A DNA stretch of 45,718 nt, from positions 90,180 to 135,897 of IMG/VR virus record IMGVR_UViG_3300006045_000004. One strand, 5' to 3'. The translations under genes and the position numbers were made by a program. The notes below the pieces were generated by a model. It had not been told where the DNA came from. It saw only the letters and a list, made by a program, of their open reading frames with translations, and made no database searches. This DNA comes from a virus. Positions 25,932-35,300 of the stretch are shown here, piece by piece; position 1 is the first letter of the stretch, and every line of letters begins with the position of its first letter.

Positions 25932-27676
25932 CTAACATAAGTAATAAAGAAGGAAATAAAATGAAAGAAAGTAGTAAGAATATAGTATTAACAGATAAGC
26001 TTTTTAATGATGTTCGTTATAATTTTAATAATAATAATGCGAATATGAGTTTTAATGCAGGAACAGTAGAGCAGAATTTATTTGAGGCAGTAGGTAAGAA
26101 AAAATCTTTAAAAATATTGGAAGATGAATGTCCAGAGATAGTAAACCTTTATAATGAAGGTTATATTCATTTGAATGATTTAGGACAGTTTTATACACGA
26201 CCACATAATTGTTTCAATTTAGACCCAAGGTTTATATTTGAGAGAGGTTTTATAACAAATGGTAATTCCAAAATAAATACAATATCTAAACCTCCTAAGC
26301 ATTTAAGTAGTGCTTTAAATCAATTAATGGAATCTTTAATTAATATAAGTGGTGAGCAGTCTGGTGGAATTGGTGTTGCTTATTTTAATTGGTTTTTAGC
26401 TCCGTTTTGGAGAGATGCTGGTGAACGAGAAAAAAGACAATCTATCCAGAATTTTATTTTTAGGTTTAATCAGTTGCTTCGTGCTGGTAATCAGCCAATT
26501 TTCAGTAGTTTGAATTTGGTTTTAACTTGTCCTGAGTTTTTAGAAAGTGAATATGGTGAATACAAAGATGAGTCTGATGAAATAATTAAATATATTTGTG
26601 AGGAGATGATTTCAGGTGATGCTCGAGGAAATAGTTTTAGGTTTCCTAATCTCGTTTTTAATATCACAGGTGCTAATTTGGACAACTATATGGAAATATT
26701 TGAGTTAACTGCTAAATTTGGTACTCCTTATTTTAGTAAGAATCCGTCTGGTGTTAATGTACAACAAATGGGTTGCAGAACAGCACTACCAGCCAACTTT
26801 ACTCAAAATCCACAAAAAGATTGCATGAACTCAGGTAATGCAGTATACTCAACAATATCACTACCAATGATAGCAATAGAATCAAAAACACCAAAACAAT
26901 TTTTATCAAAATTAAAAAAGGTAATGGATATTGCTTTTAAATATACAATGATTCGTAGAGAAAGAATAGTACAATCATTAGATGATGGTTTAATGCCTTT
27001 CTTGAATCAAGATGGTTTATATGATATCGATGCTAATAGTCTTGTAATAGGTCTTTTAGGTTTAAATGAAGCATGCATATCCTTGTTTGGAAAGTCATTG
27101 GAAAAATCTATTGGTCAAGCACATGAAATATTAAGATATGCTAATGAAATAATAATGAGTTATAGGGAGAAAACTGGATATAGGTGGGGTTTATTTAGTC
27201 CTCCTTCGGAGAATTGTTCTTATACTTTGGCTAAGAAGGCAGTTAATAAATATGGGTTTAAAGGTAGTCTTGCTAATGGAACACATGATGCTCCATATTA
27301 TACAAATGGTATAAACTTTAATGTTGAAAATAATGATTTATTGCAACAGTTAGAGTATGAAACTGGGTTAAGTACATTTACAATGGCAGGGAATATTAAT
27401 AATTTTTTGATTGGTGAGGCATATATAACACCTTCTGCTTTAAAAAGTTTAACAGAAAAAGTTCGTGATGATACAGATAGTTTCTTTTGGGCTTATTCAA
27501 TTTCATATTCTATTTGTAATGAATGCGATAGTCTGTTCCAAGGTACACATGAAGTTTGTGGTGTCTGTGATGGTGAGTGTGAGTGTTTTGACCGTGTATG
27601 TGGATATGTAACCAATACAAAATCATGGAACAAAGGAAAACAAGAAGAAAAGAAAAATAGGTATTATTACTCATGA
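25928..27676 (+). CDS. nrdD: class III anaerobic ribonucleotide reductase (no ATP cone)
   Basis: IHLND, HNC, QSGG, FPN, MGCRT, PSE, YYTN, CxxC...CxxC, RVCGY glycyl-radical motif. Confidence 0.93.
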   Translation: MTNISNKEGNKMKESSKNIVLTDKLFNDVRYNFNNNNANMSFNAGTVEQNLFEAVGKKKSLKILEDECPEIVNLYNEGYIHLNDLGQFYTRPHNCFNLDPRFIFERGFITNGNSKINTISKPPKHLSSALNQLMESLINISGEQSGGIGVAYFNWFLAPFWRDAGEREKRQSIQNFIFRFNQLLRAGNQPIFSSLNLVLTCPEFLESEYGEYKDESDEIIKYICEEMISGDARGNSFRFPNLVFNITGANLDNYMEIFELTAKFGTPYFSKNPSGVNVQQMGCRTALPANFTQNPQKDCMNSGNAVYSTISLPMIAIESKTPKQFLSKLKKVMDIAFKYTMIRRERIVQSLDDGLMPFLNQDGLYDIDANSLVIGLLGLNEACISLFGKSLEKSIGQAHEILRYANEIIMSYREKTGYRWGLFSPPSENCSYTLAKKAVNKYGFKGSLANGTHDAPYYTNGINFNVENNDLLQQLEYETGLSTFTMAGNINNFLIGEAYITPSALKSLTEKVRDDTDSFFWAYSISYSICNECDSLFQGTHEVCGVCDGECECFDRVCGYVTNTKSWNKGKQEEKKNRYYYS

Positions 27677-27740
27677 TAGCTGAATTGGCTTTTGCTTTTA
27701 TAGGTGCAATTATATTAATGAAATTGTTGGAGAATAAAAT

Positions 27741-28343
27741 ATGAAGTTTTATCAAACAAGCTTGAATAATCACCCAGATGGATTGTGTATTCTTTTGATA
27801 TTATTTGGATGTTCAGAAGGATGTAGTTATTGTTTTAATAAAGAATCATGGAAAGAATATTCTCCTCCATTTGAAATATATAAGGAGATTATAGATAAAT
27901 CTCCTATAATAGATAATTTTGTATTAGGTGGAAACAATATATTAGATGATAAAAATAAGACTCTTACAAAATTATTATGCACTTATTTAAAAGAAAAAAA
28001 TAAAAATGTTTCTCTTCAAATAAATATAAAAAGTTTGAGAAACAATATTAATTTTTTACAAGAATTACCTTTTAATCATATCAGATTAAGTATTAATGGT
28101 GCTTGGTATAGTGACATACCAATTATTGAAAAACTTTCAAATATGCCTATAAAAATGACCAATATTTTAGTGTATGATGATGAGGGTAGAATTGTTATTC
28201 CAGAAAATATAAATATTGATGAAATTATTGTGAACTATGATAAACCATATTTGTATGATGTTGCTAAAAAGTTTGCTGAAATTCATAAAGTTGAGTATTT
28301 GATTAGTAAAGAGTTTGGTAAGGAACAAGTTTATATAGTATAA
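27741..28343 (+). CDS. nrdG: radical SAM NrdD-activating enzyme
   Basis: GCSEGCSYCFN CxxxCxxC, LGG; adjacent to nrdD. Confidence 0.8.
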   Translation: MKFYQTSLNNHPDGLCILLILFGCSEGCSYCFNKESWKEYSPPFEIYKEIIDKSPIIDNFVLGGNNILDDKNKTLTKLLCTYLKEKNKNVSLQINIKSLRNNINFLQELPFNHIRLSINGAWYSDIPIIEKLSNMPIKMTNILVYDDEGRIVIPENINIDEIIVNYDKPYLYDVAKKFAEIHKVEYLISKEFGKEQVYIV

Positions 28344-28367
28344 CGAACATATATTTTATAAGATAAT

Positions 28368-28973
28368 ATGAGAATTTCTGATATGAAAGTGTCATTGTGT
28401 GAAAGAAAAGAAGTGAGAGATTTTATTGAGAAATGGCATTATAGTCATAGTATTAATGGATTAAACACTTCTTATTGTTTTAAACTTACTTACAATGATA
28501 AAATTATTGGTGCTATGTTATATGGTAGGTTAGCTATGGCTGGTGTTTGGAAGAAGTATGCTGATAGTGTTGATGATGTTATTGAACTTCGTCGTCTTTG
28601 TTGTATTGATGATACTCCTTCTAATACCGAGTCTTTTTTTATAGGTAATACTCTTCGTTGGTTAAGAGATAATACTGATATTAAAATGGTTGTTTCATAT
28701 GCTGACCCTTATTATAATCACGAAGGAATTATATATAAAGCAAGTAATTTTTATCATGCTGGATTTACAGCTAAAGGAAGAGTAATAGATTACAATGGTC
28801 GCCTGTATCATGATAAGGCAATTAGAACAAAGTATAAAGGTAAATTAAAACCTTATGCTCAAAAATTAAAAGATGCTTTAGATAATGGTAAAGCTAAATA
28901 TGTAAATACACCTGGTAAACATATATATTTATATGAATTACGAAGGAGAAAAGGTAATGACAGAAAAAAATAA
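28368..28973 (+). CDS. Mom-like GNAT-fold DNA modification enzyme
   Basis: WHYSHS, ELRRLC, NTESFFI, VSYADP, H.G.IYKASNF. Confidence 0.8.
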   Translation: MRISDMKVSLCERKEVRDFIEKWHYSHSINGLNTSYCFKLTYNDKIIGAMLYGRLAMAGVWKKYADSVDDVIELRRLCCIDDTPSNTESFFIGNTLRWLRDNTDIKMVVSYADPYYNHEGIIYKASNFYHAGFTAKGRVIDYNGRLYHDKAIRTKYKGKLKPYAQKLKDALDNGKAKYVNTPGKHIYLYELRRRKGNDRKK

Positions 28974-29044
28974 AGATAAAGTTATTGTTGATTTTATGCT
29001 TTATAAGTCAACTTGTAAAAGTATTGATGATTTAAAAAAACATT

Positions 29045-29278
29045 ATGGATTGGATAAAAATGATAGTGAAAGAACTGATTAATATATTAAATGAATATGA
29101 ATTACATGAAGAAGTAGCTGTTAAAGTTAATTCTACTGTGTATAGTAATTTTAAGATAGATGAAGGAATTTATTTTGGTTCTGCTGGTCAAACAGAAGAT
29201 TCAATGATATTAAGTAGTAATAAAGCTGTATTTATATGTTTAGATACATTAAGAAAAAAGAAAGGAGGTGAAGAATAA
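29045..29278 (+). CDS. hypothetical protein
   Basis: 77-aa ORF. Confidence 0.5.
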   Translation: MDWIKMIVKELINILNEYELHEEVAVKVNSTVYSNFKIDEGIYFGSAGQTEDSMILSSNKAVFICLDTLRKKKGGEE

Positions 29279-29466
29279 TGGGTTTATTTGATGCTATAAG
29301 TGTAACTGGAATTATATTAGTTGTTTTATTTGTATTTATTGCAAGTCTATATCCAGTAGCATTTTTTATAACTAATGTATTAGGAGCTACTTGGTGGAGT
29401 TTTGATTTCTATATGTTATTCATAGGAGTTGAACTTATATTAGGTGGGCTAATGGCTAAATCATAA
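29278..29466 (+). CDS. small two-TM membrane protein
   Basis: GGAGGTGA SD, hydrophobic. Confidence 0.6.
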   Translation: MGLFDAISVTGIILVVLFVFIASLYPVAFFITNVLGATWWSFDFYMLFIGVELILGGLMAKS

Positions 29467-29473
29467 AGATAAT

Positions 29474-29758
29474 ATGTTTAAAGAATACGATAAAATACTT
29501 TATGTTCAGTTTGATAAAAAACCAATAAGAATAGCTGATTATAGTATTTACAAAAGAAAAAATCAAATAAAATTTGAAATAAATGCTCAAGCACTTAGTT
29601 ATCATAGCTTTTGTAATAAAAAAGTAAAAATATTAGTTGTTTATCCTGAATTAAAAATGTATGATAAATTTGAAGGACTTGTAGTCAAAGATAATTATAA
29701 TTATCTTTATTATGCTCCTTCAAAGTATTCTTGTATTATTCAATATGGTGATTTATAA
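29474..29758 (+). CDS. hypothetical protein
   Basis: 94 aa; shares YDKF.G motif with the next ORF. Confidence 0.55.
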   Translation: MFKEYDKILYVQFDKKPIRIADYSIYKRKNQIKFEINAQALSYHSFCNKKVKILVVYPELKMYDKFEGLVVKDNYNYLYYAPSKYSCIIQYGDL

Positions 29759-30102
29759 TGATAAATGCTTGTTTTATTGAAACTTCTAATAAAACTTATG
29801 ATTTTTATAATGGAGAATTTGAATTAGAAAAGAAAAAAATACTTTCAGACCAATCTCATTATAATCCTGAAGTTTTTAGTCCAATAGTAAAAAGTATAGA
29901 GTATATTTTAAGAATTAAAATAAGAAATAATGAAAGGTTTGAAGCATTATATCATAGAGGTAGTTTACATAAGATATTATTAATTATAGATGGTAAATAT
30001 GATAAATTTTCTGGAATAACAACAAAAATAGAAATGAATGGTATAGGAGGTATTTCTGCATATCTTGGAGATGCAACACTTATATTACAAAAAATACCGT
30101 AG
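29758..30102 (+). CDS. hypothetical protein
   Basis: 114 aa; TAATG coupling. Confidence 0.55.
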   Translation: MINACFIETSNKTYDFYNGEFELEKKKILSDQSHYNPEVFSPIVKSIEYILRIKIRNNERFEALYHRGSLHKILLIIDGKYDKFSGITTKIEMNGIGGISAYLGDATLILQKIP

Positions 30103-30135
30103 AGAACAATACTCCACTATAAAAGGTGGTTAATT

Positions 30136-30522
30136 ATGAAAAAATGTAATAAGTGTAATAATGAATATGAAGAGACAGAATTTAGTAAAAATAGTAATAC
30201 ATGTAAATCATGTGTGAGAAAATATCATAAAGAATATTATGAAAATAAAAGAAAACATAAAAAGAAAACATATAGAAATTTGATAACGAAACTTAAAAAC
30301 AAGGGTTTTAAGTATGGAGAAATAGATAAAGAAAAAGTTGATAATTTAGTATGGGATATGATTGACTTCCCAGAGCAACCTTATCTTCAGCATAGCTTGA
30401 GCCATGCTAATTTTATGAGAAAATATGATTTATGTATTTCTGAATATATTTATATTAGGAAGAGAGTAAGAGATAATAAGTTTTATATTGAAAATAAGTA
30501 TTTTTTTGTTATGATTTTTTGA
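30136..30522 (+). CDS. N-terminal zinc-finger protein
   Basis: KKCNKC...F......CKSC. Confidence 0.6.
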   Translation: MKKCNKCNNEYEETEFSKNSNTCKSCVRKYHKEYYENKRKHKKKTYRNLITKLKNKGFKYGEIDKEKVDNLVWDMIDFPEQPYLQHSLSHANFMRKYDLCISEYIYIRKRVRDNKFYIENKYFFVMIF

Positions 30523-30531
30523 AATTTTATG

Positions 30532-30552
30532 GAAACATTTATATACTATGAG
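30532..30552 (+). promoter_or_regulatory. BRE-TATA promoter of ncRNA/tRNA cluster
   Basis: GAAACATTTATATACTATGAG. Confidence 0.75.
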
Positions 30553-30567
30553 ATACAATAGTATATT

Positions 30568-30704
30568 GTTACAATAGTTTTTGAGTGGTTTTTGTTTAAT
30601 CTCCCACTTATATTGTAACCTTTCTATGTTATTCAGTTGTTGGTGTGGTTTTTCGTAAGGTCTTTCGTCTAATTTATTCCTTATTATTTCCCCACATCAA
30701 CGAT
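30568..30704 (+). ncRNA. two tandem hairpins, candidate structured RNA leader
   Basis: GTTACAATA/TATTGTAAC and GTTGTTGGTGTGG/CCACATCAACGAT stems directly after the promoter. Confidence 0.45.
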
Positions 30705-30705
30705 T

Positions 30706-30834
30706 CGGTGTGTAGCTCAGTTTGGTAGTAGCACTCGACTGTAGCGAAGGAGTAGCAATCGCTGTATAGGTTAACATATATGGCTATCCTTCACAGATAT
30801 CGAGGGGTCGTCGGTTCAAATCCGACCATGCCGA
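30706..30834 (+). tRNA. tRNA-Tyr(GTA) with 54-nt BHB intron (30745-30798)
   Basis: C1-G72 (archaeal/eukaryal identity element), helix CTGT/ACAG, bulges AG|C and AT|A. Confidence 0.9.
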
Positions 30835-30887
30835 TTTAAATCAAAATCCTTGTACAAGATTTGATTTAAGACCACAATTGTGGTTGA

Positions 30888-31010
30888 AGCTTAACTGGGG
30901 AACTTCATAAAAACTCTTGGTTCGAATCCAAGTATTCAGCTATTGTAGTCTGAATGTAGATTAAATGGGAAATCGTTATGATGACAGAAGTTCGATTCTT
31001 CTGTAAGCTA
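30888..31010 (+). ncRNA. two-headed tRNA-like RNA (two T-arms, cross-paired acceptor stems, no anticodon loop)
   Basis: T-arms CTTGG-TTCGAAT-CCAAG and AGAAG-TTCGATT-CTTCT; stems TATTCAG/CTGAATG, AGCTTA/TAAGCT, CATAA/TTATG; D-arm GATT/AATC. Confidence 0.7.
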
Positions 31011-31027
31011 TTTTTTGAGGTGATGCT

Positions 31028-31183
31028 ATGATAAAAACATTTACAAAAGTAAGAAATAAATATTGTAATAAATGTAATAGAAAATTAGATATTTATGAGG
31101 GAACTTATAATGAGCATTCTCATAAGGTAAATGGTAGAATTCGTCGTTATTATTTGTGTCACACTTGTGAGGCAAAAAAATAA
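31028..31183 (+). CDS. 51-aa zinc-finger protein
   Basis: Hand-translated; CNKC...CHTC; GAGGTGA SD. Confidence 0.6.
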   Translation: MIKTFTKVRNKYCNKCNRKLDIYEGTYNEHSHKVNGRIRRYYLCHTCEAKK

Positions 31184-31190
31184 ATATTTT

Positions 31191-31264
31191 GCTGGTGTAG
31201 GGTAGTTCGGCGACTCATCTGGTTGCAGACCAGAATCACGCAGGTTCAAATCCTGCCACCAGCT
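31191..31264 (+). tRNA. tRNA-Cys(GCA)
   Basis: GCTGGTG/CACCAGC acceptor, U73, TCTGG-TTGCAGA-CCAGA. Confidence 0.92.
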
Positions 31265-31283
31265 TTAAATGAGGTAATTACTT

Positions 31284-31670
31284 TTAAGGTTCTTCCTCAG
31301 GTTCTTCAGGAATTTCTGGCTCTTCTGGTAATTCTGGTTCAGTTGGTTCTTCAATTATTTCTTCTTCTATTTCAGAATTTTCGTCAACACTAATGCTTGA
31401 TAATTCTTTTTCTTTATATTTTAATATAACCATTTTATTTTCTTTATCAAATTCTAATTCTAAATTGGCTAATTCTGTAATAAAGAAATATGTATCTGTT
31501 TTTGTTGTATACTCATCATCAAAGAACTTTTCTGATAGTGTTTTTTTAATCCATGTATTTTCTTTATCTATAAGCTCAATTTTAGTTTGGGTATATGATA
31601 AATCATCATATCCACTTTTAATAGCCCATGTCATATATTCATTTAATATTTCATCTATTGTTCTTATCAT
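31284..31670 (-). CDS. hypothetical protein with PE-rich tail; paralog of 31684..31983
   Basis: W....GY....Y...I......WIKK.L...FF shared with neighbour. Confidence 0.65.
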   Translation of the reverse strand: MIRTIDEILNEYMTWAIKSGYDDLSYTQTKIELIDKENTWIKKTLSEKFFDDEYTTKTDTYFFITELANLELEFDKENKMVILKYKEKELSSISVDENSEIEEEIIEEPTEPELPEEPEIPEEPEEEP

Positions 31671-31683
31671 GAGATTGTAACTC

Positions 31684-31983
31684 CTATTTTTGTTTTAACA
31701 TGATTACTTTACTACTTTTGTCTTCTATTAGTGATGTGTTTTCTAATGCATTTTCTACATAATTTGGGTCATCACTTTTTACTTCAAAGAAGTTTTTTGG
31801 TAGTATTTTTTTAATCCATTTTCCTTCTTCGGTGTTGGATTTTATTTCTGATTTTTTGTATAAAAATTCTTCATATCCATTTTTTGTACACCATGTTTTG
31901 ATGTCTTCTAATACTTTTTCTTTAATGTTTGTTTCTTCTGTTGTTGTTTCTTCAATATTTTCTTCTTCTGGCATTTTATTCAT
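31684..31983 (-). CDS. hypothetical protein; paralog of 31284..31670
   Basis: Same shared motif. Confidence 0.65.
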   Translation of the reverse strand: MNKMPEEENIEETTTEETNIKEKVLEDIKTWCTKNGYEEFLYKKSEIKSNTEEGKWIKKILPKNFFEVKSDDPNYVENALENTSLIEDKSSKVIMLKQK

Positions 31984-32323
31984 TCTCCTGTTCTGGGTTT
32001 ATATCTATTATTGGTAGTTCGTTTATTGTTTCTTCCAATTGTGTTGTTGTTTGTTCAACATTTTCTACTTTTTGATTTAGTGCTGTTATCATATCTATTA
32101 ATAAATCTAATTTTTCTTCTGATATATTTGATACATCTGTTGTTGTTTGTTCTGGTATTTCTAATGATAGTGTTGTTAAGTTTTCGTTTACTGCTTGCAT
32201 TTCTGTTGTTGCTATGTTTACTGCATTTAATACTGATTCATTTATGTTTATTGTATCTTGTATCGCTTCTCTTTCTCTTATATTTTTTACTTGATTTACA
32301 GTCTGTATTTCTGTTTCTGGCAT
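31976..32323 (-). CDS. coiled-coil protein of tail module
   Basis: AGGAG SD, heptad pattern. Confidence 0.6.
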   Translation of the reverse strand: MPETEIQTVNQVKNIREREAIQDTININESVLNAVNIATTEMQAVNENLTTLSLEIPEQTTTDVSNISEEKLDLLIDMITALNQKVENVEQTTTQLEETINELPIIDINPEQENE

Positions 32324-32364
32324 ATATAATCATCTCCTTTTATAAAATAAAAAAATAAATAGAG

Positions 32365-35300
32365 CTATAAAGTAAATATAGCTCCGATTTTTCTTATCAT
32401 TGGTGCTTGGAATGTATTGTTCCCTGTTTCGCTATACATTTTGAACCTCATCCATTTATGGAATGCTGGTAGTACATCTGTATTATATGCTACCATTTCA
32501 TGTATTTCCAAATTAAATGGTCTCATATTATCAGTTGCTGCAACACCTGTTGTTCTTAGTATAACTGACCTTATTATTCCTAAGTTTTTATCGATTTTTT
32601 TGTATACATTTGTAGTTAAATCTGTTCCAGCTGTTAATAATGTTGGTATTGGTACTGATTCAATTACATTATTTCCATCTAAGTCTGAACATAAATCAAG
32701 GTAATAATAACCTTTTATTACTGGTTGACTTATTGAAAATCTAAATTTAACCATATTTATATTACTTAGGTTTGTTGTTACTGCAAATCTTGCGAGTTTT
32801 CCACTTGTTATTACCATTCCTGGTGCTACATTACTTGGTGTTGATGATGTTAAATCTCCTGGTACACATGTTCCAATTCTGAATCTTGCTATATTACCAT
32901 GAGTTGTAGGAACTACTCCTAAACATAATTTTCCTACATTTCCACCAGTAGCCATTGATGTCCAAGCTGCTGTTTTTGGTACAATTGTTCTAAAGTTTGT
33001 TATTTGTCCTGATAAATAGTTTAACATAAAATCATTATTTGTCATAAATGAAAAACCAGAACTGTCTTTTATTTTAAATCCTAAACTTTGTACATTTTCT
33101 AAACCATATGCTGAATCTTGTATATCCAATATTACTATGTTATTTTGTCCAGCATTTAGTTGTTGTGCTATTGTTATTTTCATACCGTCAGCTGAACTTG
33201 ATATTACTCCATCTGGATTTAAACTTATAACAAATTCTAACATATTAGCTGGTATTGTAACATTTGGTTTAATATTTAATGCTATTGTTCTGAATTTAGT
33301 TAAGTCTAATCCCTGTGGTGTTTTTTTACCAAAGAATATTTTAGTTGTATCATTAAATGCTCCTTGGAATTGTACTATTGGTGTTTTATCTCCAAACATT
33401 GGATTAGCTTCACTATATCCATATACTACTCCTGAACTTTGAGGTATTGGTGTTGAGTTTATATCTGTCCAACCACTTATTCCTGGGTCTAATAATACAT
33501 CAGAATCATTAAACATTTTATCGGTTTCTAATTTGAACCTATAATTGTTTTCATCGTATTCTACATCTCCTTCATAGTTAGAATAGTCTACTGATTCTTG
33601 TGAGAAGTCTTTTAATTCTAAGTCTGTTATAATTGTAGACCAATATCTATAATTAACTCCACCACTATTGTAATAAGTATCACCAAGATTTATATCTGTA
33701 ATTAACTTTCCATCATTTTCTTCTGCCCATATTCTTGCAAATTCATACATGTTGAATTTTTCTGAACCTTTTAACCATTCGTCTCCAAGAACTGCTTTTA
33801 ATATAGTATCTGGGTCAAATACTTTTGTTGTTAAACAATATTCAGAATCTTTAATTGGGTCAATTGGAACTGGTTCTACTATTGTAAGTAATTCATTTAA
33901 ATTAAATTTTAAAGCATAATTATTCTTTGATAAAAATTTAATTGTAGGTGATGATGTTCCATTACCATTAAGTGTTATTCTCCATTTAAATTGTGTTCCA
34001 CCACTTGTAAATGTTAATTTATTACTTACAAATTCTCTCCAAGGTCCGTTGTCTAAAGACCCTTCTACTTTATAACTACATCCACTTGGTACTGATATGT
34101 TACCAGCAAATGTTGCACTTGTAAATTTAGAATTTGCACTTGCTTGTATTGTTGATGAGATAACTGTTCCACTTTTTTTGTATTTAATTGTTGTTCCATC
34201 ATTAAAATTAACATCAAATATTTCTTTAATGTAATTTTTTCTATAGAAGTGATTTGGCTCATAAGGTCCATAATATCTAATCATAAAACTTTTTCTTTTT
34301 GGTCCGTCGTATGTTTTAGTATATATTATACCTGAATTACCTTTTGGTTCTCCCCATATAAATATAGCATACTGTCCAGCTGGTATTGTTTTATTGACTT
34401 TAAAATTATGTGCTGTTTTTAAAACTTGTGTTCCATTTTTATTTACTGGAGCTTTGGTTAAATCAACCTTTCCACTTGCATAAACATGATTAAATTTTTT
34501 ATCACCAGCCCCTTTCTTAATCCAAGCACCATTTTTACCGTGTGAATGTCTCAAAAATATATCTATTCTGAAGTTCTTCATACCTTTAAAATGCCTTACA
34601 TTCAACTTTAAATTCTTAATAGTAGTTTTACTACTAACATTAAAAATCAAAGCTGGATAGTTTGATGTCCATGCTCTGCTTTTATATATTTTAAAGCTTC
34701 TTGTTTTATTTTTTCCATTTCTGTATTGTGGATATTTTTCTGAGTCTTTTAAACTTATTGAACGAGATATTTTTTCATCTGATTCTTTAATTAAATGTAC
34801 TCTTCCGTCTTCATGATTTGAATGGTCTACATTTGACCATGAAGCAATTCCACTATTTTCATTATACATTCCTGCTATTGGACTTGCACCTGTGAATTTT
34901 TTGAAACTCCAATGTTTAGATACTGTTCTATTTTCAGTTCTAATTTGATAAACAAGGTCTCCTTTACTGTTTGTTGTTATTACAACATTACCTCCACCTT
35001 CGGTGTTATCTTTTATTTCTTGTCCAATGTAGTTGTATTTTATTCTTCCTGGAGCATTTCTATCCATTATGAATTGTGTTTTCTTTTTGAGTCTTCTGAT
35101 TTCTTCTTTGTTGTCTCTTTGTCTTGTTACTTTGACTGTTTCTATATTTTCATCATCTTGGTAAACAAGTGGGATTTTATTTATATCTTGATATGTTGTT
35201 ATATATGCTATTGGTAGGTATCCGTCTTCCATTATTTCTGGAAATTCTTCTTCTCCTGTCCATACATCTCCTTCTATTACTTCATAATGTCCATCGTATT

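Noticed and set aside
30888-31010. Classical permuted tRNA-Val(GAC), or a tRNA-Met from the TTCATAA heptamer
   Set aside because: The alternative GAACTT/AAGTTC pairing puts both bulges on one strand (no BHB) and gives A32; TTCATAA has no flanking anticodon stem.
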